From the sequence record MH550421: a stretch of 64,000 nucleotides of DNA; one strand, given 5' to 3'. The notes beneath the pieces are model-generated. The model did no database searches. It had not been told where the DNA came from and worked only from the letters and a program-made list of their open reading frames with translations. This document shows positions 10,708 through 20,084 of the stretch, one piece after another. A program made the position numbers and the translations under genes. Source of the stretch: Enterobacteria phage T6. Each line of letters opens with the position of its first letter. Positions within the stretch are counted from its first letter, which is position 1.

Positions 10708-11839
10708 TTATGGATAGGTATAGATGATACCAGTTTCTAAAGCAGTTTTATGAATGATGTATCCATTACGTGATTCTTGAACATCAACTTCTGGATAGTC
10801 TTTCATCATCTTCTGAAGAGTGTAACGATGCAGGTAGTATTTACTATCTGGATCTTCAGTTTTCCAATCTTTACCTTCTTCAGTCATTTTTTGAATTTCA
10901 TCCATAACCCACCAACCGCACCAGATGTAAGCTGAAGTACGATGTGGAAGAGGATGAACATAAGGTAATTCACCTTCTGGTTCTGGAGCAACTTTATCAG
11001 TTACCTGAACTTGACCTTCTGCTGTAATAGTTTTGCTATCATAATCAGTAGCAGTAACGACGGCAGTCACTTCAATAGTTTGACTTCCAATAGATGAGGT
11101 ATCAACGGTATATACATTAGTTGACCCTTCTACAGGAGAAGAATCTTTCTTCCATGAATACGCAATTTGCGCTTCTTCTGGAGCATCAGTAACATTAGCA
11201 GTAAATGTAGCCGAAGCATCTTGTTGAACGTTAATAGAAGGAGGAGTCAATGTAACCTGTGGATTCATTGTCTTCTTATTAACCGTTAATGATACTTCAT
11301 TAGAAGTAACTTCCTTTTCATTGTAATTTTCTGCAGTTACTTGGGCTACGCATTTAATTCTTTTTAACTCCACTTGTAGTTGGAGTGTAATTGAATGTAG
11401 CGGAAGTTGCTTCGTCCACAGGAGAACCGTCAACGTACCACTGATATGTGGCGTTTGCGCCCGATGGCTGCGAAGCTAAAGTAGCGGTAAATTCAACAGC
11501 TGTTCCGATTACTCCAGCATCAGGGCTACCAGGAGTTACGGCTAAAGTAGTTGTTTGTGTCTTATTTTGAACTGTGATAGTTGTACTAATTTCAGCTGTT
11601 TCGGGACTACTATCGGCAACTTGATTTGTTGCAACTACTTTAATAGTCTTTTGACCGGCAGGTCCTTTTAGTACATAACTAAAAGTTGCTGACGTTTCTT
11701 CCTGTGGAACATCGTCTACAGTCCAAGCATAGGTAATAGTTCCACCTCCAGTTTCACCACTGGGTGTAGCAGTAAACTGCTTAGTTTCATCAATAACCCC
11801 TGTTGGTGTTTTAGGAGTTATATCAACTGTAAAAGCCAT
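10708..11839 (-). pseudogene. hoc: Outer capsid protein Hoc, reading frame interrupted by 1-nt insertion in a homopolymer run
   Basis: Track ORFs 11354..11839 and 10708..11433 are in different frames; joined at ...TTSGVK/RIKCVAQ... they give 376 aa, the T4 Hoc length; frameshift in T5 run near 11361-11365. Confidence 0.8.
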
Positions 11840-11848
11840 AAGTTATCC

Positions 11849-12529
11849 TTATTTTAATGTTACGAAAGAAGAATTACGTGTTTCACGAATTAGAACTGAT
11901 CCGTCGCGATTAATGTAATAAATTAAGCTAAATAAAGTTTGGTGTGCCGACGCATGTTCAAAACTAGTTGGTTGAGATTTCCAATCCGGAGTTTCAGCGA
12001 TCCATTGATAAATCCACCAAGGAACAGTGCAGAATCCTGGATTTTTTCCAATCAGCTGAAGATTCGGACTAAAGTTTTCCGGAAGAGTAAATACAGACGG
12101 CTTTTCAGATTCAATAATCTCAGCTACAGCCTGTTCGAATTTTTCTTCAACAAAAGGAGTATCTTCAATCAAAACTGAGGTATTTTCAGGAATTTTATCA
12201 GTTTCTACTACTTCAATTTTAATGTCAGATTTAATCGGAGAATCAATCAGAAGTGCTGCTTCTGGATTGACTTCTTCATCGTCATATTTTAATCCCTCTG
12301 CGGCATCAGCAGCATCAATTAAGTCTTTAATAGATAACCCATCAGTCTCTGGCATAGGTTCACTAGCGAGCTTCTGGAGGGCTTCTTCAATATCATTAAC
12401 GATATTATCAAAAGATTTATTCTTTTTGACCTTTATACCAAACTGTTCAGCATATTCAGCTAATTTAGCTTTAGCTTCTTTGTTATCATCAAGAGCCTTC
12501 AGCTCTGCAATATAATCTTTATCTATCAT
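11849..12529 (-). CDS. inh: Inhibitor of prohead protease (Inh)
   Basis: 226 aa, same length and position as T4 Inh. Confidence 0.8.
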   Translation of the reverse strand: MIDKDYIAELKALDDNKEAKAKLAEYAEQFGIKVKKNKSFDNIVNDIEEALQKLASEPMPETDGLSIKDLIDAADAAEGLKYDDEEVNPEAALLIDSPIKSDIKIEVVETDKIPENTSVLIEDTPFVEEKFEQAVAEIIESEKPSVFTLPENFSPNLQLIGKNPGFCTVPWWIYQWIAETPDWKSQPTSFEHASAHQTLFSLIYYINRDGSVLIRETRNSSFVTLK

Positions 12530-12578
12530 AATATTTCCTCAGTATAAATATAGATATATTTATTACTCGGAAAATAGT

Positions 12579-13196
12579 ATGTACCACTTTGTATATGAAA
12601 CAACAAATCTAATAAATGGTAAAAAGTATATAGGAAAGCACTCTACTGATGACTTGAATGATGGTTACCTTGGTTCCGGTAAGGCAATTCAGCAGGCTAT
12701 AAAGAAATATGGTGAAAACAATTTCTCTAGAACAATACTAAAAGAGTTTAAAACTTCCGAAGAAGCGTACATGTATGAAGAAGAAATTATAACTCCTGAA
12801 CTAATAAAAAGCAAAAATTATTATAATATGAAACCTGGCGGAATTGGTGGAATTGTTATGACTACAGAGGTTATAGCAAAGATGAAAGAATCTTCCGCTA
12901 AAAGATTTGAAAACTCACCGGGCACGGTATTAGGTAAAACTTGTTATACTAATGGAACTAAAAATATTTTTATTAAACCTGGAGAACTTGTTCCAGAAGG
13001 ATTTGTAAAAGGGATGGTTCATCCTAATAGAAAGTCCAGAAAAGGATGTAAAGTCAAACCGACTACCACAGGAACTTTTTGGGTCAATAATGGCGCAATA
13101 AATAAATTAATACAACCAGACGGTATTATTCCCGACGGATTTATTAAAGGTCGTCTCATGAAAAGAGATTCTAAAGGCAAATTTAGTAAGGCATAA
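12579..13196 (+). CDS. segE: GIY-YIG homing endonuclease SegE
   Basis: 205 aa; MYHFVYETTNLINGKKYIGKH... GIY-YIG motif; between inh and uvsW as in T4. Confidence 0.8.
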   Translation: MYHFVYETTNLINGKKYIGKHSTDDLNDGYLGSGKAIQQAIKKYGENNFSRTILKEFKTSEEAYMYEEEIITPELIKSKNYYNMKPGGIGGIVMTTEVIAKMKESSAKRFENSPGTVLGKTCYTNGTKNIFIKPGELVPEGFVKGMVHPNRKSRKGCKVKPTTTGTFWVNNGAINKLIQPDGIIPDGFIKGRLMKRDSKGKFSKA

Positions 13197-13198
13197 TT

Positions 13199-14706
13199 AT
13201 GGATATTAAAGTACATTTTCACGACTTCAGTCATGTACGCATCGATTGTGAAGAGAGCACGTTTCACGAATTAAGAGATTTCTTTTCGTTTGAGGCCGAT
13301 GGATATAGATTTAATCCTCGCTTCAGATGTGGCAACTGGGATGGACGAATCCGTCTTTTAGATTATAATCGACTTCTTCCATTCGGCTTAGTCGGGCAAA
13401 TTAAAAAGTTCTGTGATAACTTTGGCTATAAAGCCTGGATTGACCCACAAATTAACGAAAAAGAAGAATTATCAAGAAAAGATTTTGATGAATGGCTTTC
13501 TAAATTAGAAATCTATTCAGGAAATAAAAGAATTGAACCACACTGGTATCAAAAAGATGCAGTGTTCGAAGGATTAGTTAATCGTCGTAGAATTCTTAAT
13601 CTTCCAACATCTGCAGGTAAATCTTTAATTCAAGCTTTGCTTGCGCGGTATTATTTGGAAAATTATGAAGGTAAAATTCTTATCATTGTTCCAACAACTG
13701 CTCTGACAACTCAGATGGCTGATGACTTTGTTGACTATCGTTTATTCAGTCATGCAATGATAAAGAAAATCGGTGGCGGAGCATCAAAAGATGATAAATA
13801 TAAAAATGATGCACCAGTCGTTGTTGGTACATGGCAAACTGTAGTTAAACAACCGAAAGAATGGTTCTCACAGTTTGGAATGATGATGAATGATGAATGC
13901 CATCTTGCTACAGGAAAAAGTATTTCATCTATCATATCAGGATTAAATAATTGCATGTTTAAATTTGGTTTGTCTGGTTCATTACGTGATGGAAAAGCCA
14001 ATATCATGCAGTATGTTGGAATGTTTGGTGAAATATTTAAGCCAGTAACGACTTCTAAGTTAATGGAAGATGGACAAGTAACTGAGCTAAAAATTAATAG
14101 TATTTTTCTTCGCTATCCCGATGAGTTCACTACTAAATTAAAGGGAAAAACTTACCAAGAAGAAATAAAAATTATTACTGGGCTTAGTAAAAGAAATAAA
14201 TGGATCGCTAAATTAGCTATTAAGCTTGCGCAAAAAGATGAAAACGCTTTTGTCATGTTTAACATGTATCGCATGGTAAAGCTATTTTCGATTTAATTAA
14301 AAATGAATACGATAAAGTTTATTACGTATCAGGGGAAGTTGATACCGAAACCCGCAATATAATGAAAACCTTAGCTGAAAATGGTAAAGGAATAATTATA
14401 GTAGCTAGTTATGGTGTATTTTCTACTGGTATTTCAGTTAAAAATCTGCATCACGTTGTTTTAGCGCACGGTGTTAAATCAAAAATCATTGTATTACAAA
14501 CAATCGGTCGTGTATTACGTAAGCATGGTTCTAAAACAATCGCAACAGTCTGGGACCTCATAGATGACGCGGGCGTAGTTTCTAAATCAAAAACATCTTC
14601 TAAAAAATACTCGCATTTAAACTATCTTTTAAAACATGGAATTGATCGTATTCAGCGTTATGCTGATGAAAAGTTTAATTATGTGATGAAAGAGGTTAAA
14701 CTTTGA
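13199..14706 (+). pseudogene. uvsW: UvsW SF2 helicase, frame interrupted by 1-nt deletion
   Basis: Track ORFs 13199..14296 and 14362..14706 are in different frames; second frame is open from about 14263 and encodes the helicase C-terminal domain (VSGEVDTETR, QTIGRVLR); restoring one A in TTTAACATG near 14258-14263 gives a single ORF of about 502 aa. Confidence 0.8.
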
Positions 14707-15395
14707 ATTATAAATTAATATATGATAATTTAATTAATAGAGCCCAGAATCGGGCTCGCCTTAATGAATACACTGAAACACATCATATAATTCCTAGATG
14801 TATGGGTGGTACAAATGATAAGTGTAATTTAGTAGAACTAACGGCTGAAGAACATTTTATAGCCCATAAACTTTTAGCTAAAATTCATCCAAACCATTAC
14901 GGTATAATTAAAGCTGTTATATGTATGGGGATGAATTCAAATACTCATGAAAGACACGTCAATAAATCTTACGCATGGGAACGTCGTAAAATGGCAGAAC
15001 TTCAATCCGGCGAAGGTAATCCATTTTACGGAAAACACCATACGGAAGAACATAAACAATATATGTCAAAACTCATGAAAAGTCGTCCAATTACATGGGG
15101 AAATAAAATTAGTAAAACTAAAAGAATGAACCCAACGAAATGGACTGAAGAAGCTAAAAGATTACATTCAATCAATCAATCGGGTAAAAATAACGGCATG
15201 TATGGAAGGAAACATTCCGCTAAATCTATTCAGAAAATTAAAGATAACATGCCAGATAATTCAGGAGCTAATAACCCAGCTGCTAAACCTATAGAAGTAA
15301 ATGGTGTTAAGTATAAATGTATGAAAGATGCTTCTAAAGCTACTGGATTATCAATGTACAAACTAAGAATACTTAGAAAAACAGTTAATTTATAA
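14703..15395 (+). CDS. HNH homing endonuclease, Mob family (paralog of MobE)
   Basis: 230 aa; N-terminus MNYKLIYDNLINRAQ...ETHHIIPRCMGG...NLVELT..EHFIAH near-colinear with the mobE product at 42588..43229; TTG start overlapping uvsW stop. Confidence 0.75.
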   Translation: MNYKLIYDNLINRAQNRARLNEYTETHHIIPRCMGGTNDKCNLVELTAEEHFIAHKLLAKIHPNHYGIIKAVICMGMNSNTHERHVNKSYAWERRKMAELQSGEGNPFYGKHHTEEHKQYMSKLMKSRPITWGNKISKTKRMNPTKWTEEAKRLHSINQSGKNNGMYGRKHSAKSIQKIKDNMPDNSGANNPAAKPIEVNGVKYKCMKDASKATGLSMYKLRILRKTVNL

Positions 15396-15410
15396 GGGCT
15401 TCGGCCCTTT
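15395..15410 (+). terminator. Stem-loop AAGGGC-UUCG-GCCCUU upstream of uvsW.1 Shine-Dalgarno
   Basis: 6-bp stem with UUCG loop immediately followed by UGGAGAAAAAG-ATG. Confidence 0.45.
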
Positions 15411-15419
15411 GGAGAAAAA

Positions 15420-15651
15420 GATGTTACTAGAATTTAAACAATTTCTTTATGAAGCTTCTATTGATGAATTTATGGGTAAAATTGCCTCTTGTCAAACATT
15501 AGAAGGTTTAGAAGAACTTGAAGCTTATTATAAGAAAAGAGTCAAAGAAACTGAATTAAAAGATACTGATGACATCTCTGTGAGAGATGCTTTGGCAGGA
15601 AAAAGAGCTGAATTAGAAGATTCAGACGATGAAGTAGAAGAAAGCTTTTAA
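15420..15651 (+). CDS. uvsW.1: UvsW.1-like small acidic protein
   Basis: 76 aa from ATG at 15420 (MLLEFKQFLYEA...); GGAG Shine-Dalgarno; position after uvsW. Confidence 0.65.
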
Positions 15652-15706
15652 ATTAAAAAAGGCCCAACCAAAAAGGAAGGGCCAAAACTATAGACTAAAG
15701 GTCACA

Positions 15707-15874
15707 CTATAGCAAAAGTTGCGTTTCATTTAATTGTTCTTCCGAACTTTCTGAAACTGGTAGTTCTTTAATGTAATTATAGCAAGGCCCAGGATGTACA
15801 GGACCTTTGTCTGTTTCAACAACCAATGCAGAATCGATTGGAGTTTTACAGACAACACAAATCTTATCTGACAT
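15707..15874 (-). CDS. Small Cys-containing protein (uvsY.-2-like)
   Basis: 55-aa ORF below track threshold, MSDKICVVCKTPIDSALVVETDKGPVHPGPCYNY...; AGGAG Shine-Dalgarno upstream. Confidence 0.4.
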   Translation of the reverse strand: MSDKICVVCKTPIDSALVVETDKGPVHPGPCYNYIKELPVSESSEEQLNETQLLL

Positions 15875-15902
15875 GATTGTCTCCTCTGAATTATATATCT
15901 AT

Positions 15903-16127
15903 TTATACAACTCTCATATGCATATCAATGCCCATATCTTTAGAATAAAAATATTCATCAAGATATCCGGCAAATTTTCCTTTAATATAAAGGACATCTT
16001 CACCACACGGGTGGTCGGCCAGGATACGAATATCCTGACGCTTAAGATTATGCTTTTTCATTAAGAATTGAATTTCCGTTTCAAATTCTTCTTCATAATT
16101 AAAAGCATCATCAATACTATATTTCAT
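15903..16127 (-). CDS. Hypothetical protein (uvsY.-1-like)
   Basis: 74-aa ORF; start overlaps uvsY stop. Confidence 0.6.
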   Translation of the reverse strand: MKYSIDDAFNYEEEFETEIQFLMKKHNLKRQDIRILADHPCGEDVLYIKGKFAGYLDEYFYSKDMGIDMHMRVV

Positions 16128-16540
16128 TATTTTCCAGCCTCAAATGCCCGCATGTCTTGAATATGCTTAATAGCAAATCCACGTGATTTAATAGCATCAA
16201 GAGCTCCGCTACAGAAATCTAATAAAATCCCCCAATACTGTAACGAGGTATCAACCTTTAAAACATCCTTATCAGCTGATAGAACTGTCTTCATTTCTGA
16301 TTTCTCGTAACGATCCATACTAAATTCATCACCATCTCCTCGTCCCGAGTAGTAGTCTAATTTAGCTTTAAGAGCAACTTTTTTCTGTGCGTCAATTCTA
16401 AGCATTTCCTTTTTAATACTTGAATGCTTATTAAGCCATTTACTATATAACATCACATTATTAGCTGCTTCATACTGTAATTTAGTCGAATCTATAAACA
16501 CATCTTTCTTCAATTCTTCTTGAAGATCTTCTAATCTCAT
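16127..16540 (-). CDS. uvsY: Recombination mediator protein UvsY
   Basis: 137 aa; MRLEDLQEELKKDVFIDSTKLQYEAANNVMLYSKWLNK... as T4 UvsY. Confidence 0.9.
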   Translation of the reverse strand: MRLEDLQEELKKDVFIDSTKLQYEAANNVMLYSKWLNKHSSIKKEMLRIDAQKKVALKAKLDYYSGRGDGDEFSMDRYEKSEMKTVLSADKDVLKVDTSLQYWGILLDFCSGALDAIKSRGFAIKHIQDMRAFEAGK

Positions 16541-16560
16541 ATTGTTCTCTATTCAATTGT

Positions 16561-16588
16561 TATTGGATGGACTTAGATTCATTATACC
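16561..16588 (-). promoter_or_regulatory. Candidate MotA-dependent middle promoter for uvsY
   Basis: Minus strand AATGCTTCAC (MotA box TGCTT) then 12 nt then TATAAT. Confidence 0.5.
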
Positions 16589-16606
16589 ACGTTTTAACGT
16601 GAAGCA

Positions 16607-17005
16607 TTATACTCTATTACTGGAAGCCAGTTGCAGTTTTATCTGCTCAATATCATCGGGATTATCGATGACCGAAAAGCGTATTTCTACTATCAGAGTA
16701 TAATCATCATAAACGGGTATTACATTAACTGCTAATTTATCAATACGTGGCTCGTAGTTTCTTACTGCGCTTTCAATGTTACGCTCAACAGTATCAGCAG
16801 TAAGAGGAGTCATATTCTCAAAAAGTTGGTCAGATAAATCGCATCCAAATTCTGGGTCAAACGGCCTTGACCCTTTCCTGGTTGTAATAATTCCCAAAAG
16901 ACTGTTTTTAATTGACCTTAATCCAAGTGATCTGGAAACATCTTTGTTCCAATCCATTTTCATTTCCGGGTCAATGTCAGAATAAAGCTTATTAATATTT
17001 GCCAT
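16607..17005 (-). CDS. 25: Baseplate wedge protein gp25
   Basis: 132 aa, same length and position as T4 gp25. Confidence 0.9.
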   Translation of the reverse strand: MANINKLYSDIDPEMKMDWNKDVSRSLGLRSIKNSLLGIITTRKGSRPFDPEFGCDLSDQLFENMTPLTADTVERNIESAVRNYEPRIDKLAVNVIPVYDDYTLIVEIRFSVIDNPDDIEQIKLQLASSNRV

Positions 17006-17631
17006 TACAATAGCTCAAAGAATTCTTTGAGTCCTCTTATTACATGAGCGTGAGTTTTTCCACACTCTGGACACTTAATTGGAACAGCCAAATAAACAGT
17101 AGGCTTTAAAAGCATATCTTTTATAGCTACAATATCTGACTCTGTGATGATAGAGTATAAATCTTCCAATTCTTTTTCATTTAAGTCTTCAATTGGAATG
17201 CTTTCACCGTTAGCATGAATCGTTTCTATACATGATACTATCATGTGGGCTATATTTTTATCATCAAAAATTTTAGGGTAATGGAACTTAATTTTAATGT
17301 CACCCAGTGTATACCAGAGGTCTTCTGGTGCATCTATTTGTGTATGTAATAGATTTATATGGGTTGGTATTTCAGTTCCACAGGTGCACTTCCAGGAGTT
17401 TTCGTGATTAACTTCTCCAAGAGAATGCGCCCATAAATGAATCAACAGTAGTTCTGATTCTTGGCGGTTTAAATCTTTTGCATTTGTACAGTCTTTGATT
17501 AGCTTTTTAACGATCTCTTCTACTGAACCGTTCTTTTTAGCAGTAATAAGTTCTAGATATTCTTTAAGAGTAAATGCGCGGCAGTTGATTATTTTAGAAC
17601 CAACTCTCACATCAAATTTGTATTCATACAT
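17005..17631 (-). CDS. 26: Baseplate hub protein gp26
   Basis: 208 aa; conserved position; AAGGAG Shine-Dalgarno. Confidence 0.85.
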   Translation of the reverse strand: MYEYKFDVRVGSKIINCRAFTLKEYLELITAKKNGSVEEIVKKLIKDCTNAKDLNRQESELLLIHLWAHSLGEVNHENSWKCTCGTEIPTHINLLHTQIDAPEDLWYTLGDIKIKFHYPKIFDDKNIAHMIVSCIETIHANGESIPIEDLNEKELEDLYSIITESDIVAIKDMLLKPTVYLAVPIKCPECGKTHAHVIRGLKEFFELL

Positions 17632-17652
17632 ATTTAGCTCCTTTATTTATCA

Positions 17653-17664
17653 TATTTATAAATA
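17653..17664. promoter_or_regulatory. Divergent overlapping late promoters (TATTTATAAATA) for genes 26 and 51
   Basis: Palindromic TATTTATAAATA contains TATAAATA on both strands between divergent genes 26 and 51. Confidence 0.6.
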
Positions 17665-17681
17665 GAATAAAAGGAGCATCT

Positions 17682-18431
17682 ATGGCAAACATTATTCGTT
17701 GTAAATTACCAGATGGTGTTCATCGTTTTAAACCATTTACGGTAGAAGATTATCGAGATTTTTTGTTAGTTCGAAACGATATAGAACATCGGTCACCACA
17801 AGAACAAAAAGAAATAATTGCTGATTTAATTGCCGATTATTTTGGAGACTATCCGAAGACTTGGCAACCATTTATATTTTTGCAGGTATTTGTAGGGTCA
17901 ATAGGTAAAACTAAAGTACCTGTCACATTTGTATGTCCAAAATGTAAAAAAGAAAAGACAGTTCCATTTGAAATATATCAAAAAGAATTAAAGGAACCTG
18001 TTTTTGATGTAGCTAATGTTAAAATTAAATTAAAGTTTCCTTCTGAGTTTTATGAAAATAAAGCAAAGATGATTACTGAAAATATTCATTCTGTTCAAGT
18101 AGATGAAATATGGTATGATTGGAAGGAAATTAGTGAATCAAGCCAAATAGAACTTGTTGATGCCATCGAGATAGAAACATTAGAAAAAATTCTCGATGCA
18201 ATGAATCCTATTAATTTAACATTGCATATGTCATGTTGTAATAAGTATGTAAAAAAATACACTGATATAGTAGATGTGTTTAAGCTATTAGTTAACCCAG
18301 ATGAAATATTTACTTTTTATCAAATCAATCACACGCTCGTAAAAAGTAATTATAGCTTAAATTCAATAATGAAAATGATTCCTGCTGAGCGCGGATTCGT
18401 ATTAAAACTGATTGAGAAGGATAAACAATAA
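17682..18431 (+). CDS. 51: Baseplate hub assembly protein gp51
   Basis: 249 aa; AAGGAG Shine-Dalgarno; conserved position. Confidence 0.85.
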   Translation: MANIIRCKLPDGVHRFKPFTVEDYRDFLLVRNDIEHRSPQEQKEIIADLIADYFGDYPKTWQPFIFLQVFVGSIGKTKVPVTFVCPKCKKEKTVPFEIYQKELKEPVFDVANVKIKLKFPSEFYENKAKMITENIHSVQVDEIWYDWKEISESSQIELVDAIEIETLEKILDAMNPINLTLHMSCCNKYVKKYTDIVDVFKLLVNPDEIFTFYQINHTLVKSNYSLNSIMKMIPAERGFVLKLIEKDKQ

Positions 18432-19603
18432 TGAGTATGTTGCAACGCCCAGGATATCCAAATCTCAGCGTTAAATTATTTGATAGCTACGACGCTTGGA
18501 GTAATAATAGATTTGTTGAATTAGCTGCTACTATTACCACATTAACTATGCGGGATTCTCTTTATGGCCGAAATGAAGGAATGCTGCAGTTTTATGATTC
18601 TAAAAATATCCATACAAAAATGGATGGAAATGAAATAATTCAGATTTCTGTAGCTAACGCAAACGATATTAATAATGTTAAAACACGAATTTATGGATGT
18701 AAGCATTTTTCCGTGTCAGTAGATTCAAAGGGTGATAACATCATTGCTATTGAATTGGGAACTATTCATTCTATAGAAAATCTTAAATTTGGCAGACCAT
18801 TTTTCCCTGATGCAGGTGAATCTATAAAAGAAATGCTTGGTGTCATTTATCAAGATCGCACATTATTAACTCCAGCAATAAATGCTATAAATGCTTATGT
18901 TCCTGATATTCCATGGACTAGCACATTTGAAAACTATTTGTCATATGTAAGAGAAGTTGCTCTAGCTGTAGGAAGTGACAAATTTGTATTTGTATGGCAA
19001 GACATCATGGGAGTTAACATGATGGACTATGATATGATGATAAATCAAGAACCATATCCAATGATTGTCGGTGAGCCATCTTTAATAGGTCAATTTGTCC
19101 AAGAATTAAAATATCCATTAGCATATGATTTCGTTTGGTTGACTAAATCGAATCCTCACAAACGTGACCCAATGAAAAACGCTACTATCTATGCTCATTC
19201 ATTTTTAGATTCTTCATTGCCAATGATTACTACAGGAAAGGGTGAAAACTCTATTGTAGTGTCAAGGTCAGGTGCTTATTCTGAAATGACTTATAGGAAT
19301 GGATATGAAGAAGCTATTCGTCTTCAAACTATGGCACAATATGACGGTTATGCTAAATGTTCTACTGTCGGTAATTTTAACTTGACTCCTGGTGTTAAAA
19401 TTATTTTTAATGATAGTAAAAACCAATTTAAAACAGAATTTTACGTTGATGAAGTTATCCATGAATTATCCAATAATAATTCAGTAACTCATCTATATAT
19501 GTTCACTAATGCAACGAAACTGGAAACAATAGACCCAGTTAAGGTTAAAAATGAATTTAAATCTGATACTACCACTGAAGAAAGTAGTTCTTCCAATAAG
19601 TAA
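18431..19603 (+). CDS. 27: Baseplate hub protein gp27
   Basis: 390 aa; conserved position. Confidence 0.9.
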   Translation: MSMLQRPGYPNLSVKLFDSYDAWSNNRFVELAATITTLTMRDSLYGRNEGMLQFYDSKNIHTKMDGNEIIQISVANANDINNVKTRIYGCKHFSVSVDSKGDNIIAIELGTIHSIENLKFGRPFFPDAGESIKEMLGVIYQDRTLLTPAINAINAYVPDIPWTSTFENYLSYVREVALAVGSDKFVFVWQDIMGVNMMDYDMMINQEPYPMIVGEPSLIGQFVQELKYPLAYDFVWLTKSNPHKRDPMKNATIYAHSFLDSSLPMITTGKGENSIVVSRSGAYSEMTYRNGYEEAIRLQTMAQYDGYAKCSTVGNFNLTPGVKIIFNDSKNQFKTEFYVDEVIHELSNNNSVTHLYMFTNATKLETIDPVKVKNEFKSDTTTEESSSSNK

Positions 19604-20084
19604 TAAAGAAGTTTCTATTCCTAAAATGGGTCTTAAACATTATAACATTTTAAAAGATGTTAAAGGTCCTGATGAAAATTTAAAACTTCTTATTGATTCT
19701 ATTTGTCCGAATTTATCACCGGCAGAAGTTGATTTCGTTTCTATTCATTTATTGGAATTTAATGGAAAGATTAAATCTCGTAAAGAAATAGATGGCTATA
19801 CTTATGACATTAATGATGTTTATGTGTGCCAAAGATTAGAATTTCAATACCAAGGAAATACATTTTATTTTAGACCTCCTGGAAAATTTGAACAATTTTT
19901 AACGGTGAGCGATATGTTATCTAAATGCTTGCTTAAGGTCAACGATGAAGTTAAAGAAATTAATTTTCTTGAGATGCCAGCATTCGTTTTAAAATGGGCA
20001 AATGATATTTTTACAACTTTAGCAATTCCTGGCCCTAATGGTCCAATAACTGGAATTGGCAATATTATTGGATTATTTGAATGA
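19551..20084 (+). CDS. 28: Baseplate hub distal protein gp28
   Basis: 177 aa; overlaps 3' end of gene 27. Confidence 0.8.
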   Translation: MNLNLILPLKKVVLPISNKEVSIPKMGLKHYNILKDVKGPDENLKLLIDSICPNLSPAEVDFVSIHLLEFNGKIKSRKEIDGYTYDINDVYVCQRLEFQYQGNTFYFRPPGKFEQFLTVSDMLSKCLLKVNDEVKEINFLEMPAFVLKWANDIFTTLAIPGPNGPITGIGNIIGLFE

